Source: a virus. Taken from it: 64,000 nt of DNA. Below the pieces are notes generated by a model. That model saw nothing but the letters and a program-made list of their open reading frames with translations. It ran no database searches and had not been told where the DNA came from. The stretch lies in the IMG/VR virus record IMGVR_UViG_3300036828_000363, positions 1 through 64,000 of that record, one strand, 5' to 3'. Below, in pieces: positions 38,706-47,576 of the stretch (positions are counted from its first letter, which is position 1; every line of letters begins with the position of its first letter). A program made the translations under genes and the position numbers.

Positions 38706-38902
38706 TAGTTACTCCAAGAGAATCGGAAAGTGGAGAATTCTTCCTTTTTTATCAGGCACTTAGAGTTGTCTTCAAACGTCACGGCACAGTAGTCCGGGCC
38801 TGTCGCGGTCACTGTTAACTCTGCTCCACTGGGAGTGACCCATTTTTGCCCAGCTTTAACCGCCGTTTTGTTTTTTCCTTTTTTGTTCATTCCCTTTGTC
38901 AT
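38705..38902 (-). CDS. hypothetical protein
   Basis: leaderless promoter directly upstream. Confidence 0.55.
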   Translation of the reverse strand: MTKGMNKKGKNKTAVKAGQKWVTPSGAELTVTATGPDYCAVTFEDNSKCLIKKEEFSTFRFSWSN

Positions 38903-38908
38903 ATCTCT

Positions 38909-38936
38909 ATTATATATACTACGGTTGGGATGTCAA
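38909..38936 (-). promoter_or_regulatory. sigma70-like promoter, leaderless
   Basis: TTGACA-N16-TATAAT, 6 nt before ATG. Confidence 0.75.
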
Positions 38937-38940
38937 GCAA

Positions 38941-39000
38941 AAAAGAAAAGGAACGGAACCCCCCGATTCCGTCCCCGCTCGGTTTCCCGAGTCTTTAAAA
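38941..39000 (-). terminator. terminator with upstream repeated hairpin (copy 2)
   Basis: ACGGAA/TTCCGT stem, T-rich tail on minus strand, shared 20-bp motif with copy 1. Confidence 0.6.
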
Positions 39001-39015
39001 TTTGAGGTAACCCCT

Positions 39016-39255
39016 TTATTTTGAGGCTTTTACCATTGCTTTCAGTTCCAACTTCACTCGTTTCGCGACTTCACCCTTCCAAGATGAAGCGTTGGACAGG
39101 AAGTACAGAACCACTGACTGACCCGAGTCGGCGAAATAATTTTCGCTCACTGAGTTCAAAGAATCCATGGCGTCCAAGTAAGGAGCGGCTGCGTAGTTGA
39201 CTTTCTTCCAATCTTTTCTTATTTCGGCGACGACTTCAGGTAAAGTTCTCGGCAT
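39016..39255 (-). CDS. hypothetical phage early protein
   Basis: GGGGG RBS, own promoter; PYLDAM...YFLSNA..WKGE.A. Confidence 0.65.
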   Translation of the reverse strand: MPRTLPEVVAEIRKDWKKVNYAAAPYLDAMDSLNSVSENYFADSGQSVVLYFLSNASSWKGEVAKRVKLELKAMVKASK

Positions 39256-39278
39256 CTTTGTTTCCCCCTATGTTTTAA

Positions 39279-39307
39279 ATAATAGACTAAGCAGAAAATT
39301 TTGTCAA
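39279..39307 (-). promoter_or_regulatory. sigma70-like promoter
   Basis: TTGACA-N17-TATTAT. Confidence 0.7.
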
Positions 39308-39386
39308 CAGTTTTTTATATATAATCGTGATTTTTGATAAAATGCTGTCCCGGTAACCTGTTGATAACAAAGGTGATAAATAGGTA

Positions 39387-39415
39387 TTGACATTACCCAA
39401 AATTTTATATATGAT
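39387..39415 (+). promoter_or_regulatory. sigma70-like promoter, leaderless, divergent
   Basis: TTGACA-N17-TATGAT, 6 nt before ATG 39422. Confidence 0.75.
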
Positions 39416-39421
39416 AGTAGT

Positions 39422-39721
39422 ATGAATAAAGGTCTCACAAGAAAACAATTCATGACTGAGGTCTCCCGGTATCCCGGAGTGAGTTTAGACCTTGAGTCTG
39501 AAAATGACGGCGATACCCTTATACTGGATTCAGCCGCTGGTAAGATATTCGCCGCGAATGATTGTCATTGTTTGGTTGAGCAGTACCGTAACTGGGGTGG
39601 CCAGTCGTGGAAACCGGAAGCTTACAAATTGATGACTGAGCGACTGTCATATGGGTTGCGCGAATGCAATGACCCGGAGTGTGATACATGCCATCCGGTG
39701 GATGAGGTGGAAAATGGTTGA
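39422..39721 (+). CDS. hypothetical protein
   Basis: leaderless start; C-terminal C....CDTC. Confidence 0.6.
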   Translation: MNKGLTRKQFMTEVSRYPGVSLDLESENDGDTLILDSAAGKIFAANDCHCLVEQYRNWGGQSWKPEAYKLMTERLSYGLRECNDPECDTCHPVDEVENG

Positions 39722-41252
39722 AAGAGTCAAGCTAGTCCCTGCGCGGGTGAAGTTGGTGACCGTACCCGTCCCGGAACGGGTGAAGTTGGTGAAGTTGGTG
39801 ACCACGGTTCCGGTTCCAGTCCCAGCTCCGGTGAAGAAACCGCGAAGTAAAAAAGCGAAAGAACATGTCGTGGAGCACCCACCAATCCCGGTCAATTCCC
39901 TTGTCCACTACTACACCGCATCCGACAAAAAGGGTAACCAGTATGGTGAGCACTTTGGACGCGTACTGAGCTTTGATGGTTACCAGTACCATGTCACTCG
40001 CCCCAAGTACAAGAAAAATTCTGTCATCAAACTGTACCCGAGCGAAATTGAGATGATCATTCAACCTGTGAAGAGAGTAGAGTTAAAAATTTCTGTTGAC
40101 AAGTAATGTTTCTTTGGTTTATAAGAAATACCATGTCGAAATCTATTAGTCGGTATGGGAAGGTGCTGTTCAAAAATTCAATCGAGGTAACTCCCGCCAA
40201 GAGTGTATCATCTGTGCAATACATGTTGGCTGCGAACACTCAGGCACAGAAAATGTACAAGAAGGATTATGATCGCCTGAATGATAAGCAGAAACAAGCG
40301 GTTCACTATGCTCTTCGCACCAAAGAAGAGTTAGAGACGCGCAAAAACCAAGAGAGGTTTTAATGTTTCCTGTCCATGACTTCACTGATGTTGATGTCGC
40401 TTTCCCCGCTCGTGTTGTCCAGTTCATGCCTGCCTACAAAGATATCCCGGATGAATTCAGGACAGGTAATCATAAGTATGCCCAGTTCTTCCACGATTCG
40501 TTTTACTTCGGGCTGAGCAAACTTGAAATGAAACCGAGACCCGGTGTTGACCCGGAGAAGGCATTCAAACACATTCGGTGTGTCATGGGCAGTTTTGAAC
40601 CTGCTCATGAACACAAAGAAGCATCCGTCGCGTTTCTCGTGAACGAATGGTTTGAAGACGTGGTATGGGAGAGACGCCCGCGTGCTTAAATTTAAAGTGG
40701 GGCAAGTTGTGTACGTCATCGAAGATCGTGTATATGATCGTGTTCGAGCAGTGGACGCTACTAGCGAATATCCCTACAGCATGGACGGGGAGATTGGTGT
40801 GGAACACGAAGAATCTGATTTACGCGCTCTGACGGATCAGGAGAAGGGTAATGTTTGACGCGAGACAAAGCAATACTTTTACGGGAGATGACCGGGTAAC
40901 GTTTGATTGGCTGTATGAAGTTACCCGCGATGGTAGCACCTCAACCTTGATTCATGGTATGGCTTTACGTGAAGCTGAAGAGTCTCCTGCGGATTCTTAC
41001 ATGAAGATTATGGCACGTGTACGCGACTTCATGAAAGCACACTTACGTATTGTTCACGCGCCTAGTCCGAAAGACAAAGTAGAAGGATTCCTTGAAGTCG
41101 GGGTAGAGGGTAACGAAATAGTAATCAATCACCCGGATTTGAAACCTGACGAAAATGGAGTCGGCCACATTGTTTTTTCACCGAATCAGGCGCGTGGTCT
41201 CGCAACTCTCTTGTTGAAGCACGCAGATGCCGCGGAGAAGAATCGAAGCTAG
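39651..41252 (+). other. run of five short hypothetical ORFs (39651-40106, 40106-40363, 40363-40689, 40652-40858, 40851-41252)
   Basis: tightly packed + strand ORFs; TTGACA-N18-TATAAG promoter at 40096-40125. Confidence 0.5.
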
Positions 41253-41586
41253 TCAAGTTTGTTTGTTAATCAAAGAGAGGATAAAAATGTCAGTTCACCC
41301 TGCTTTTAAAGTCATGGCAAGACGGATTGGTCGCGGTTCACAACAAGTATCTTTGAGACCGTTGGTCGTGTCTCTTCAGGCGTTATTGAAAAAGTTGGAT
41401 GTAACGCCCATGACTGTTTATAATTGGCGGTGTGGAGATGTAAGTTTTCCACCCCTGCCAATAGTTAAAATTTCCCAGTATCATGTTCGCTACAACCTTT
41501 TGGAAGTCAAAAATTGGCTTTTAAAGTATCGACCTAAACGTGAACGTGTCAAATCCTTTGGATCACCTTTTTTCATTGACCGCTAA
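41227..41586 (+). CDS. excisionase/AlpA-like HTH protein (paralog of 493-798; probable start 41287)
   Basis: LDVTPMTVYNWR.G...FPPLP...YNLLEVKNWLLKYRPK. Confidence 0.6.
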   Translation: MPRRRIEASQVCLLIKERIKMSVHPAFKVMARRIGRGSQQVSLRPLVVSLQALLKKLDVTPMTVYNWRCGDVSFPPLPIVKISQYHVRYNLLEVKNWLLKYRPKRERVKSFGSPFFIDR

Positions 41587-41638
41587 GTACAAGCAACGGT
41601 TTGTTTGTTAGTAAACAATCAGCAGAAGGAGTACCTTT

Positions 41639-42307
41639 ATGGTTAAAGTTCAAGTCGCTTTTAATTTCAACGGTTCCGGTTACATCGGATTGCCTTACTG
41701 GCCCGAGCGGAACACAATCATCGACATCGGAAAAGACGTTCATCCTAAACTGGGCGCGACGAAGAAAGAGCAAGCTCTGCTCGCGGCTCTCGAAAAGCGC
41801 GGTCTCAACAAAGAGCAGTACGAAGAGATGCAGAAGAAAGCTGAGCGTCCTTTCTACACCGTGGACGGTTCCCGTGAAGGCACCATCGCCATTCCGGAAC
41901 GAATCATTCAGAGCTTCATTAACAATGCATCTATGCAGGCACCCAAAGCAATTCCGCGTGTGTCTGACAAGGGTTTGACTTTCATCGGAGTCAAGATTGC
42001 AGACAAAATGATGGTCACTGAGAAGACTATCACCGACGCGAAACTCTTCGAGCGGTTTGTCAAAATGGAAACGTCCAACCAGCGCAACTGGTGCTCCAGT
42101 TTCTACATCGATGACTTCATTGCCCGGGGCATATTCTCCGTCGATGAGGAAATCATCATGCCCGACGATTTGAAAAAGTTGATCGAGTGGGGCGGGAAAC
42201 AAATTGGTATTGGTTCCGCTCGTCCTCAGGGATATGGACGGTTTCAAGTTGCTGGCTGGGATTATCTGACTCCCGTGCCTGTGACCAAACCGATTGAAGA
42301 AGAATAA
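41639..42307 (+). CDS. solo RAMP/Cas7-like RNA-binding protein
   Basis: AGGAG RBS; N-terminal beta strand + YIG; IAIPERIIQSFINNA; C-terminal Gly-rich loop GIGSARPQGYGRFQV typical of RAMPs. Confidence 0.7.
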   Translation: MVKVQVAFNFNGSGYIGLPYWPERNTIIDIGKDVHPKLGATKKEQALLAALEKRGLNKEQYEEMQKKAERPFYTVDGSREGTIAIPERIIQSFINNASMQAPKAIPRVSDKGLTFIGVKIADKMMVTEKTITDAKLFERFVKMETSNQRNWCSSFYIDDFIARGIFSVDEEIIMPDDLKKLIEWGGKQIGIGSARPQGYGRFQVAGWDYLTPVPVTKPIEEE

Positions 42308-42353
42308 AGCCCGAGTCGGAGTCCCTGTCCCGGTTGAAGTTACAGTCAAAGAG
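42306..42353 (+). repeat. single hexamer-periodic unit directly after the RAMP stop codon
   Basis: gcc cga gtc gga gtc cct gtc ccg gtt gaa gtt aca gtc aaa. Confidence 0.75.
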
Positions 42354-42683
42354 TAAACTATGAATTATAGGCTAGCTACTTTTGCGATTATGTCTTCGAG
42401 CTTAACTTCTTCCCAGAAGGCGAAAGCACTGATGAGGTTGATGAAGCAGGCAAACCGCAAAAAGAAAAATAAATTTATACACTTGACATCCGTTTCAGAA
42501 ATTGATTAGGATGTCAGACTAGAACGTATTTCCGCGTTTTCTTTGACATCCAAGTAAACTGCCTCATGGGTAGTTCACGTTCCTTTTGTCGGTGTCGTAA
42601 CGAAGGGAACTGTAGAGAGAAAACCTGATACGTTGGGGAGCGGGGGAAATTCGACCGCCTCTGCTCCCACCAATTTTCCTACC

Positions 42684-42731
42684 AAAGCCACAGCCACAGA
42701 CTCAGTTTAAGTCGCAGACTACGCCGATGAA
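42684..42731 (+). repeat. single hexamer-periodic unit
   Basis: aaa gcc aca gcc aca gac tca gtt taa gtc gca gac tac gcc gat gaa. Confidence 0.65.
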
Positions 42732-43623
42732 ATGGTATGAGTTCGATATCGAGAACGAGACACCAGCAGAAGCGCGTGATAGACGACTGATGCAGTGTCC
42801 GCCACTTAACCACGGTGAGCTAGAAGTCCTTCGCCAATGTAAAACTACGGTATGGGATGGCTACGTTATTAGTAAACAAGCGCGAGATAATCTATATAAG
42901 CGTGGGTTGATCCTTCGCTGGAACGGTTGGCAGATAATCACGCTTGAAGGACTCGCTGTCCTTCATACACTTGGTGAGCTACGTGTCTGATTATGTGAGC
43001 TACATGTCTGACTTTTGTAGAATCGAACGAGTCAAAGCGCGTAAGCGTTATCGGTGTATTGGTTGCTATGGCCCGATTCTCAAAGGTGAAATCCACCCGT
43101 ATTATGTCGGTGTCTGGGAAGGTGACTGGGGAACGTGGAGAATGCACGAAGAGTGTTTTCAAGTCCAAGCAGATGACGATGACAGTCTTATTGCTGAAGG
43201 TGAGTTTCCTATACCACCACGGGTTAGAGTGATAATGGATAAAGAACGAGCAGGTGTACCTATTTCCCCTCATGAATTGGTGAGTCAACTATGAAAACAG
43301 AAACTAGAATTAGGAAAAGAGAAACTAAAATTAGCGACCTTCGTAGCTCTATGGAGTGGTCTAACCTTAGGTATGGCCGTAATAGTCCCGATAGTAGGAG
43401 ACTTCGTAGTGAACTACGCTCACTAGGTGTTAGTAGTGGGCTGTACGTGAGTCGCGAAAGTAAGATCAAAAATCTTCTTGATGCTCTTGATTGGTCTAAT
43501 CATATCTACGGTTGCAGGAGCAACATCAGTAGAAGGTTCCGTATAGAGCTTCGTTCACTAGGTCACTGGGGTGGCCTATACAAGTTGAACCGTTTCAAAA
43601 AGCGGAGACAAAAACAAAGATGA
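42727..43623 (+). other. three short hypothetical ORFs (42727-42990, 42944-43294 Zn-ribbon-like, 43291-43623 with internal duplication)
   Basis: operon packing; WSN..YG...SRR.R.ELRSLG..GLY occurs twice in the last ORF. Confidence 0.5.
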
Positions 43624-43818
43624 AACTTTCACTCGCCGCGCAACAACTAGAGCAAATAAAGGCTGAGCGTAATCTTTTCGGGCCTATCCGGTCATATTTG
43701 AACTGGTGTTTGCATATGTCAAAGGCGGTTGATCTATACGACCTGATTTGACATTTTCGCGAAGTTGTATCAACGTAGTAGTACCCACGGAAGAATCCGT
43801 GAACAAAGGAGTACCACA

Positions 43819-44910
43819 ATGGCAGCTAAAACTCTTAGTAAAGAGGCAGTTCTTCTGGCAGTAGCAGAAGAGAAGTTGGGTTTCTCATTCGGAAAACCAG
43901 ATCGTCCATCCGAGAAATCTTTAGCTTGTATCCTTCCTATCCTTCGGGAAACCACATTTGTCCGTCAGTATGTCACCATGCCAGAGACAGAAAACGTTCT
44001 GGTGACCGACAGTGGAATGATCAACAAAATCAATATCAAAAACACTGGGAAAGAAAACGTCTTCCTTCGCTCAGGTACTATCTTCGAAGGTAAAGGAACC
44101 CAGTCCAGAATTATTACCCGGAGCGCGGTATTGTTCCCCGGTTCGGAAGTCGCGCTCGATGCCCGGTGTGTTCACGCGAGTCATGGGATTCGTACTGGAA
44201 GCAATTTCAAGTACAGTGGCACCGTTCCAATGGATGTTGAGAACGCGAGCTACACAGCAGGTTTCACTCCAGCAGATCAACACACGGTGTGGTCAAACGT
44301 CACCAGAACTACCACGGCCATGAATGCCATGCTGGGTGGTAAAAGAGTAAGCGCGGATATTTCAGGACGTATTCCCGGTGTTCGTCACACATTCACCTCA
44401 AGTCACGGTATGTTCGGTGCTTCAATATCTACTCCGCAAGAGGAACAAGGGGAACAAGAAAGAAGCTGGCCCGGATTCGCGCAAGACAACCTAAAAAAGA
44501 ATTTTGATGAGTTCGCAGAGAACTTTGATGACATTCTTTCCAAGGCGCGCTTGCATGACAATCAGTGTGGGTTGTCTCTGATCACCGATACCGGATGCAA
44601 GACCATCGAATTGTTTGATGTCCCGTTGTCATGGGAGTCACTCCACAAAGACGCGGTCAAACGTATGGGCACAGAACTACTGAGAGGCGAAGACAAAACC
44701 AGTGTGTTCGAGTACAAACCCGAGCACGCAGTCAACGCCGTCAAAAAAGTTCTGACGATGGACTTCAAAGCAAATATGATCTACGAGCACAAACCAGCAA
44801 ACGGTGAACCACATGTCGCAATCTTCGGACTAACCTCGAAGCAGTACGTTGGTGAGGTGGTGGAGATGAGCGGGCAGATGATTCACTTGACCATTTTAGA
44901 AATGGCATAG
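43819..44910 (+). CDS. ARPP-1/DUF6569-like protein
   Basis: AAGGAG RBS; N.G...VFL..G.IFEG...Q.RII......V..RCVH...Q..VW..V. Confidence 0.55.
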   Translation: MAAKTLSKEAVLLAVAEEKLGFSFGKPDRPSEKSLACILPILRETTFVRQYVTMPETENVLVTDSGMINKINIKNTGKENVFLRSGTIFEGKGTQSRIITRSAVLFPGSEVALDARCVHASHGIRTGSNFKYSGTVPMDVENASYTAGFTPADQHTVWSNVTRTTTAMNAMLGGKRVSADISGRIPGVRHTFTSSHGMFGASISTPQEEQGEQERSWPGFAQDNLKKNFDEFAENFDDILSKARLHDNQCGLSLITDTGCKTIELFDVPLSWESLHKDAVKRMGTELLRGEDKTSVFEYKPEHAVNAVKKVLTMDFKANMIYEHKPANGEPHVAIFGLTSKQYVGEVVEMSGQMIHLTILEMA

Positions 44911-45404
44911 TCCAAGTCATTGACATGGTCAAAGTTGAAGCCGAAGTCCAAGAAGCCGGAGTCCCAGTTTTAGTTTAAGTCATTGCCAAAGTCGAAGTTT
45001 AAGAAGCCGAAGTTGAAGACGCAGTTTTAGTCCAAGTCTGGGCGCAGTCATAGAAGCCGAAGTCGCGGTCTATGTCGAAGTTATAGCCTTAGTCAAAGAA
45101 GCCGCAGTCAAAGTTTGAGTCCTTAGCAATGACAAGGTTTAAGTCGAAGTCTGAGAAGCCTGAGTCCGAGTCAAAGCTTGAGCTATGGTTGATGTTTAAG
45201 TCTGAGCTTAAGTCGAAGCAGCCGTAGTCTAAGTCCTAGCTAGGTCTAGGTTCTAGTCGAAGTCAAGGTCGTAGAAGCCGAAGTCGGAGTCACAGTTGCA
45301 GTTGAAGTCATAGCATGGACATAGACGAAGTCTAGGTTTGAGTCTAAGAAGCTAGTGTCAAAGTTCTAGTTGTAGTCGAAGTCGTAGTCTAAGTTGAAGT
45401 CGCA
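44905..45404 (+). repeat. non-coding hexamer-periodic array 1 (about 9 units)
   Basis: units of GAA + (GYY-NN-A)n; stop codons in all six frames. Confidence 0.9.
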
Positions 45405-45422
45405 AAATCAGGAGTTTTTTTA

Positions 45423-45587
45423 ATGATCATGGATTTTACTGCAACTAAAAGATTTTTGGAATTGCTTCGTAAGCAAAATATGGATGGCAAGGTGTCCAAG
45501 TTGCAATTCGAACTTGAAGCATTACTTCTGCTTGCTGATGCTCAGAACAGTAAAAATTCCCAGCCCAAGTCGTGGTTAAAGTCATAG
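45423..45587 (+). CDS. 54-aa ORF embedded between the arrays
   Basis: GGAG RBS; MIMDFTATKRFLELLRKQ...SWLKS. Confidence 0.5.
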   Translation: MIMDFTATKRFLELLRKQNMDGKVSKLQFELEALLLLADAQNSKNSQPKSWLKS

Positions 45588-46712
45588 TTACAGTCAAAGA
45601 AGCCATAGCCGAAGTCCGAGTTCAAGACAAAGCAATGACTAAGTCTTAGAAGCCGGAGCGCGGTCACAGTTCATGTTTAAGCCGTAGTCACAGAAGTCGT
45701 AGTCGGTGTCAAAGTTTCAGGCACAGTCCTAGTTTTAGTCGAAGAAGCCGGAGTCGCAGTTATAGACCCAGACATAGACGTAGTCGAAGGAAAAGTCGAA
45801 GCATAGTCGTAGACTAAGCAAAGTCGAAGTAGCCGAAGTCAAAGCTTCAGTGGAGTCGAAGTCCAAGTCATAGTCTTTGGCGTTGTCATAGTCTCAGAAG
45901 CTGCTGTCCCAGTCTAAGTTGAAGACGTTGTCTAAGTCGTAGAAGCTTGAGTCACAGTCGAAGTTGCTGTTCTAGTCGGAGTCGTAGTCAGAGTCAAAGA
46001 AGCCAAAGTCTTTGCTTAAGTCTCGTTCCATGTCTAAGTCGTGGAAGCTGAAGTCGTAGTCGAAGTCAAGGCAATGTCGCGGTTATAGTCTTAGTCAAAG
46101 GCGCGGAAGTCGTAGCCGCAGTTGAAGACCGAGTCCCAGACTACGTTAAAGTCAAAGAAGCTGAAGTCAAAGCCTAGTCGTGGTCGTAGCTCAAGTCACA
46201 GTCGTAGTCAAAGAAGCCATAGTCGCAGTTGAAGTCGAAGTTCAAGTCACAGTCATAGAAGCCAAAGTCTGAGTCAAAGTTAGGGACGATGTTCAGGTCA
46301 ATGTTTAAGAAGCTTAAGTCACAGTTATAGTCGAAGCTCAGTCAAGATCACTGTCCTAGTCAAAGAAGCCGAAGTCATAGTTGGAGTCGAAGTTATAGTT
46401 GAAGTCGTAGCTAGGTCATAGTCTCAGAAGCCATAGTCGAAGACAGAGACATGGTCGTAGTCTTAGTCGCAGTTGAAGTCGAAGAAGCCATAGCCAAAGT
46501 TCAAGTCGCGGATTCAGTCGAAGTCGAAGTTCTAGCACAGTTGCAGTCAAAGGCATAGTCCAAGAAGTCTAAGTCAAAGTCAAGGCCTTAGTCGAAGTCG
46601 AAGTCCTAGAAGTCTCAGTCTCAGTTAATGTTGCAGTCTATGGCTACGTCTCAGAAGCTGAAGTCACGGTCATAGTTCAAGTCAAAGTCTTAGTCATAGC
46701 CGAAGTCATGGA
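45559..46712 (+). repeat. non-coding hexamer-periodic array 2 (about 21 units)
   Basis: same grammar; units about 45-80 nt; ends at the stop codon of the convergent gene. Confidence 0.9.
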
Positions 46713-47389
46713 AAAGTAATTTGTGTTCTAGCACCATCTTCTGCCCATTTGATGATCGATGGTAGTCTGGATTCCAGTTTGAAATGTGATACCCATTTCA
46801 GCATTTTTTCTAACGTGTCCAGTACCCGAAGAGTATTCTCTTCCGTCCTGTCCAGATGATGAGAACATAGCCCACCACGTGTTTTCATATCTGCTTGCAT
46901 CATATTCCTAACTCCAGCTTTTTCCTGTCCACCACTCAAAGTGAAAAATTCTTTCGGAACCATGAAATGCCTAAACCGAATACCTGCTGGATAGCTACAG
47001 TGAAATGGAATAGTAGTTGAGTATAGCTCACATCCATAGTTTTCCCTGTTCAAATACTTGCAGTGTTCCTTTCCCGGTAAGCAGTTATCCATTACTGAGA
47101 TAATAGGAAATTTCTCCCCGTTGAATTCAATCTGACGTTCTACCCCGCCTTCGTGTTTCTCTCCCGGTAGCCAGTCCAGTGTCGCTCTACTACAACATGC
47201 TCCACACCCCAACTTACATTCAAAGCGAAGAAATAAATCCGGTTTGACGATTAGTTCCACTGGTTGAAAAGTTCTACCCGCATATCGAAATGGTTTTACT
47301 GCTAGCGCATGAAACCATACTTCAATCATTGATGCCACCATGTCGGATGGTTTACTGCCACCATTTCGAATTTGAATAAGTTCTAGCAT
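46706..47389 (-). CDS. Cys-cluster (YkgJ/CxxCxxCC-like) protein
   Basis: FECKLGCGACC...CKYL....CELY...P..C..YP. Confidence 0.55.
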   Translation of the reverse strand: MLELIQIRNGGSKPSDMVASMIEVWFHALAVKPFRYAGRTFQPVELIVKPDLFLRFECKLGCGACCSRATLDWLPGEKHEGGVERQIEFNGEKFPIISVMDNCLPGKEHCKYLNRENYGCELYSTTIPFHCSYPAGIRFRHFMVPKEFFTLSGGQEKAGVRNMMQADMKTRGGLCSHHLDRTEENTLRVLDTLEKMLKWVSHFKLESRLPSIIKWAEDGARTQITFP

Positions 47390-47576
47390 AGTTAAATCTT
47401 AGAATACTACCATTCTAAAACTAAGGTAATTTATTTTACCAGACACCCTCACTCGCACTTGACATCCCCTACGATCCGAGTACCATAATCTTCATCTAGA
47501 CTTGTGTTTATTCACAATTATGTCTGGTTACAGACATAGCCAGATAATAGTTGGTTTATGAGCACTATCGGATTCT

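Noticed and set aside
41573-42349. 258-aa antisense ORF over the RAMP gene
   Set aside because: Shadow ORF; the + strand gene has the RBS, the family motif and the operon orientation.
44905-46712. Classical CRISPR array
   Set aside because: No invariant 25-40 bp repeat with contiguous spacers; fixed and variable bases alternate every 6 nt; no cas1, cas2 or cas6 in the window.
44905-46712. Low-complexity protein gene (Ser-Arg, Val-Glu or Asp-Phe repeats) or recoded stop codons
   Set aside because: All six frames contain stops of several types, 5-nt modules shift the frame, and ordinary genes here end in TAA, TAG and TGA.
44905-46712. DGR template or variable repeats, or a simple slippage microsatellite
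   Set aside because: No reverse transcriptase or TR/VR pair is seen. Adjacent hexamers differ at defined positions while regular GAA punctuation is kept, unlike slippage.
44905-46712. Self-targets of decoded units inside this window
   Set aside because: Spot checks gave only partial matches (for example AERP in the RAMP gene, GDIE in the sigma-like gene). An exhaustive search could not be done by eye, so this remains open.
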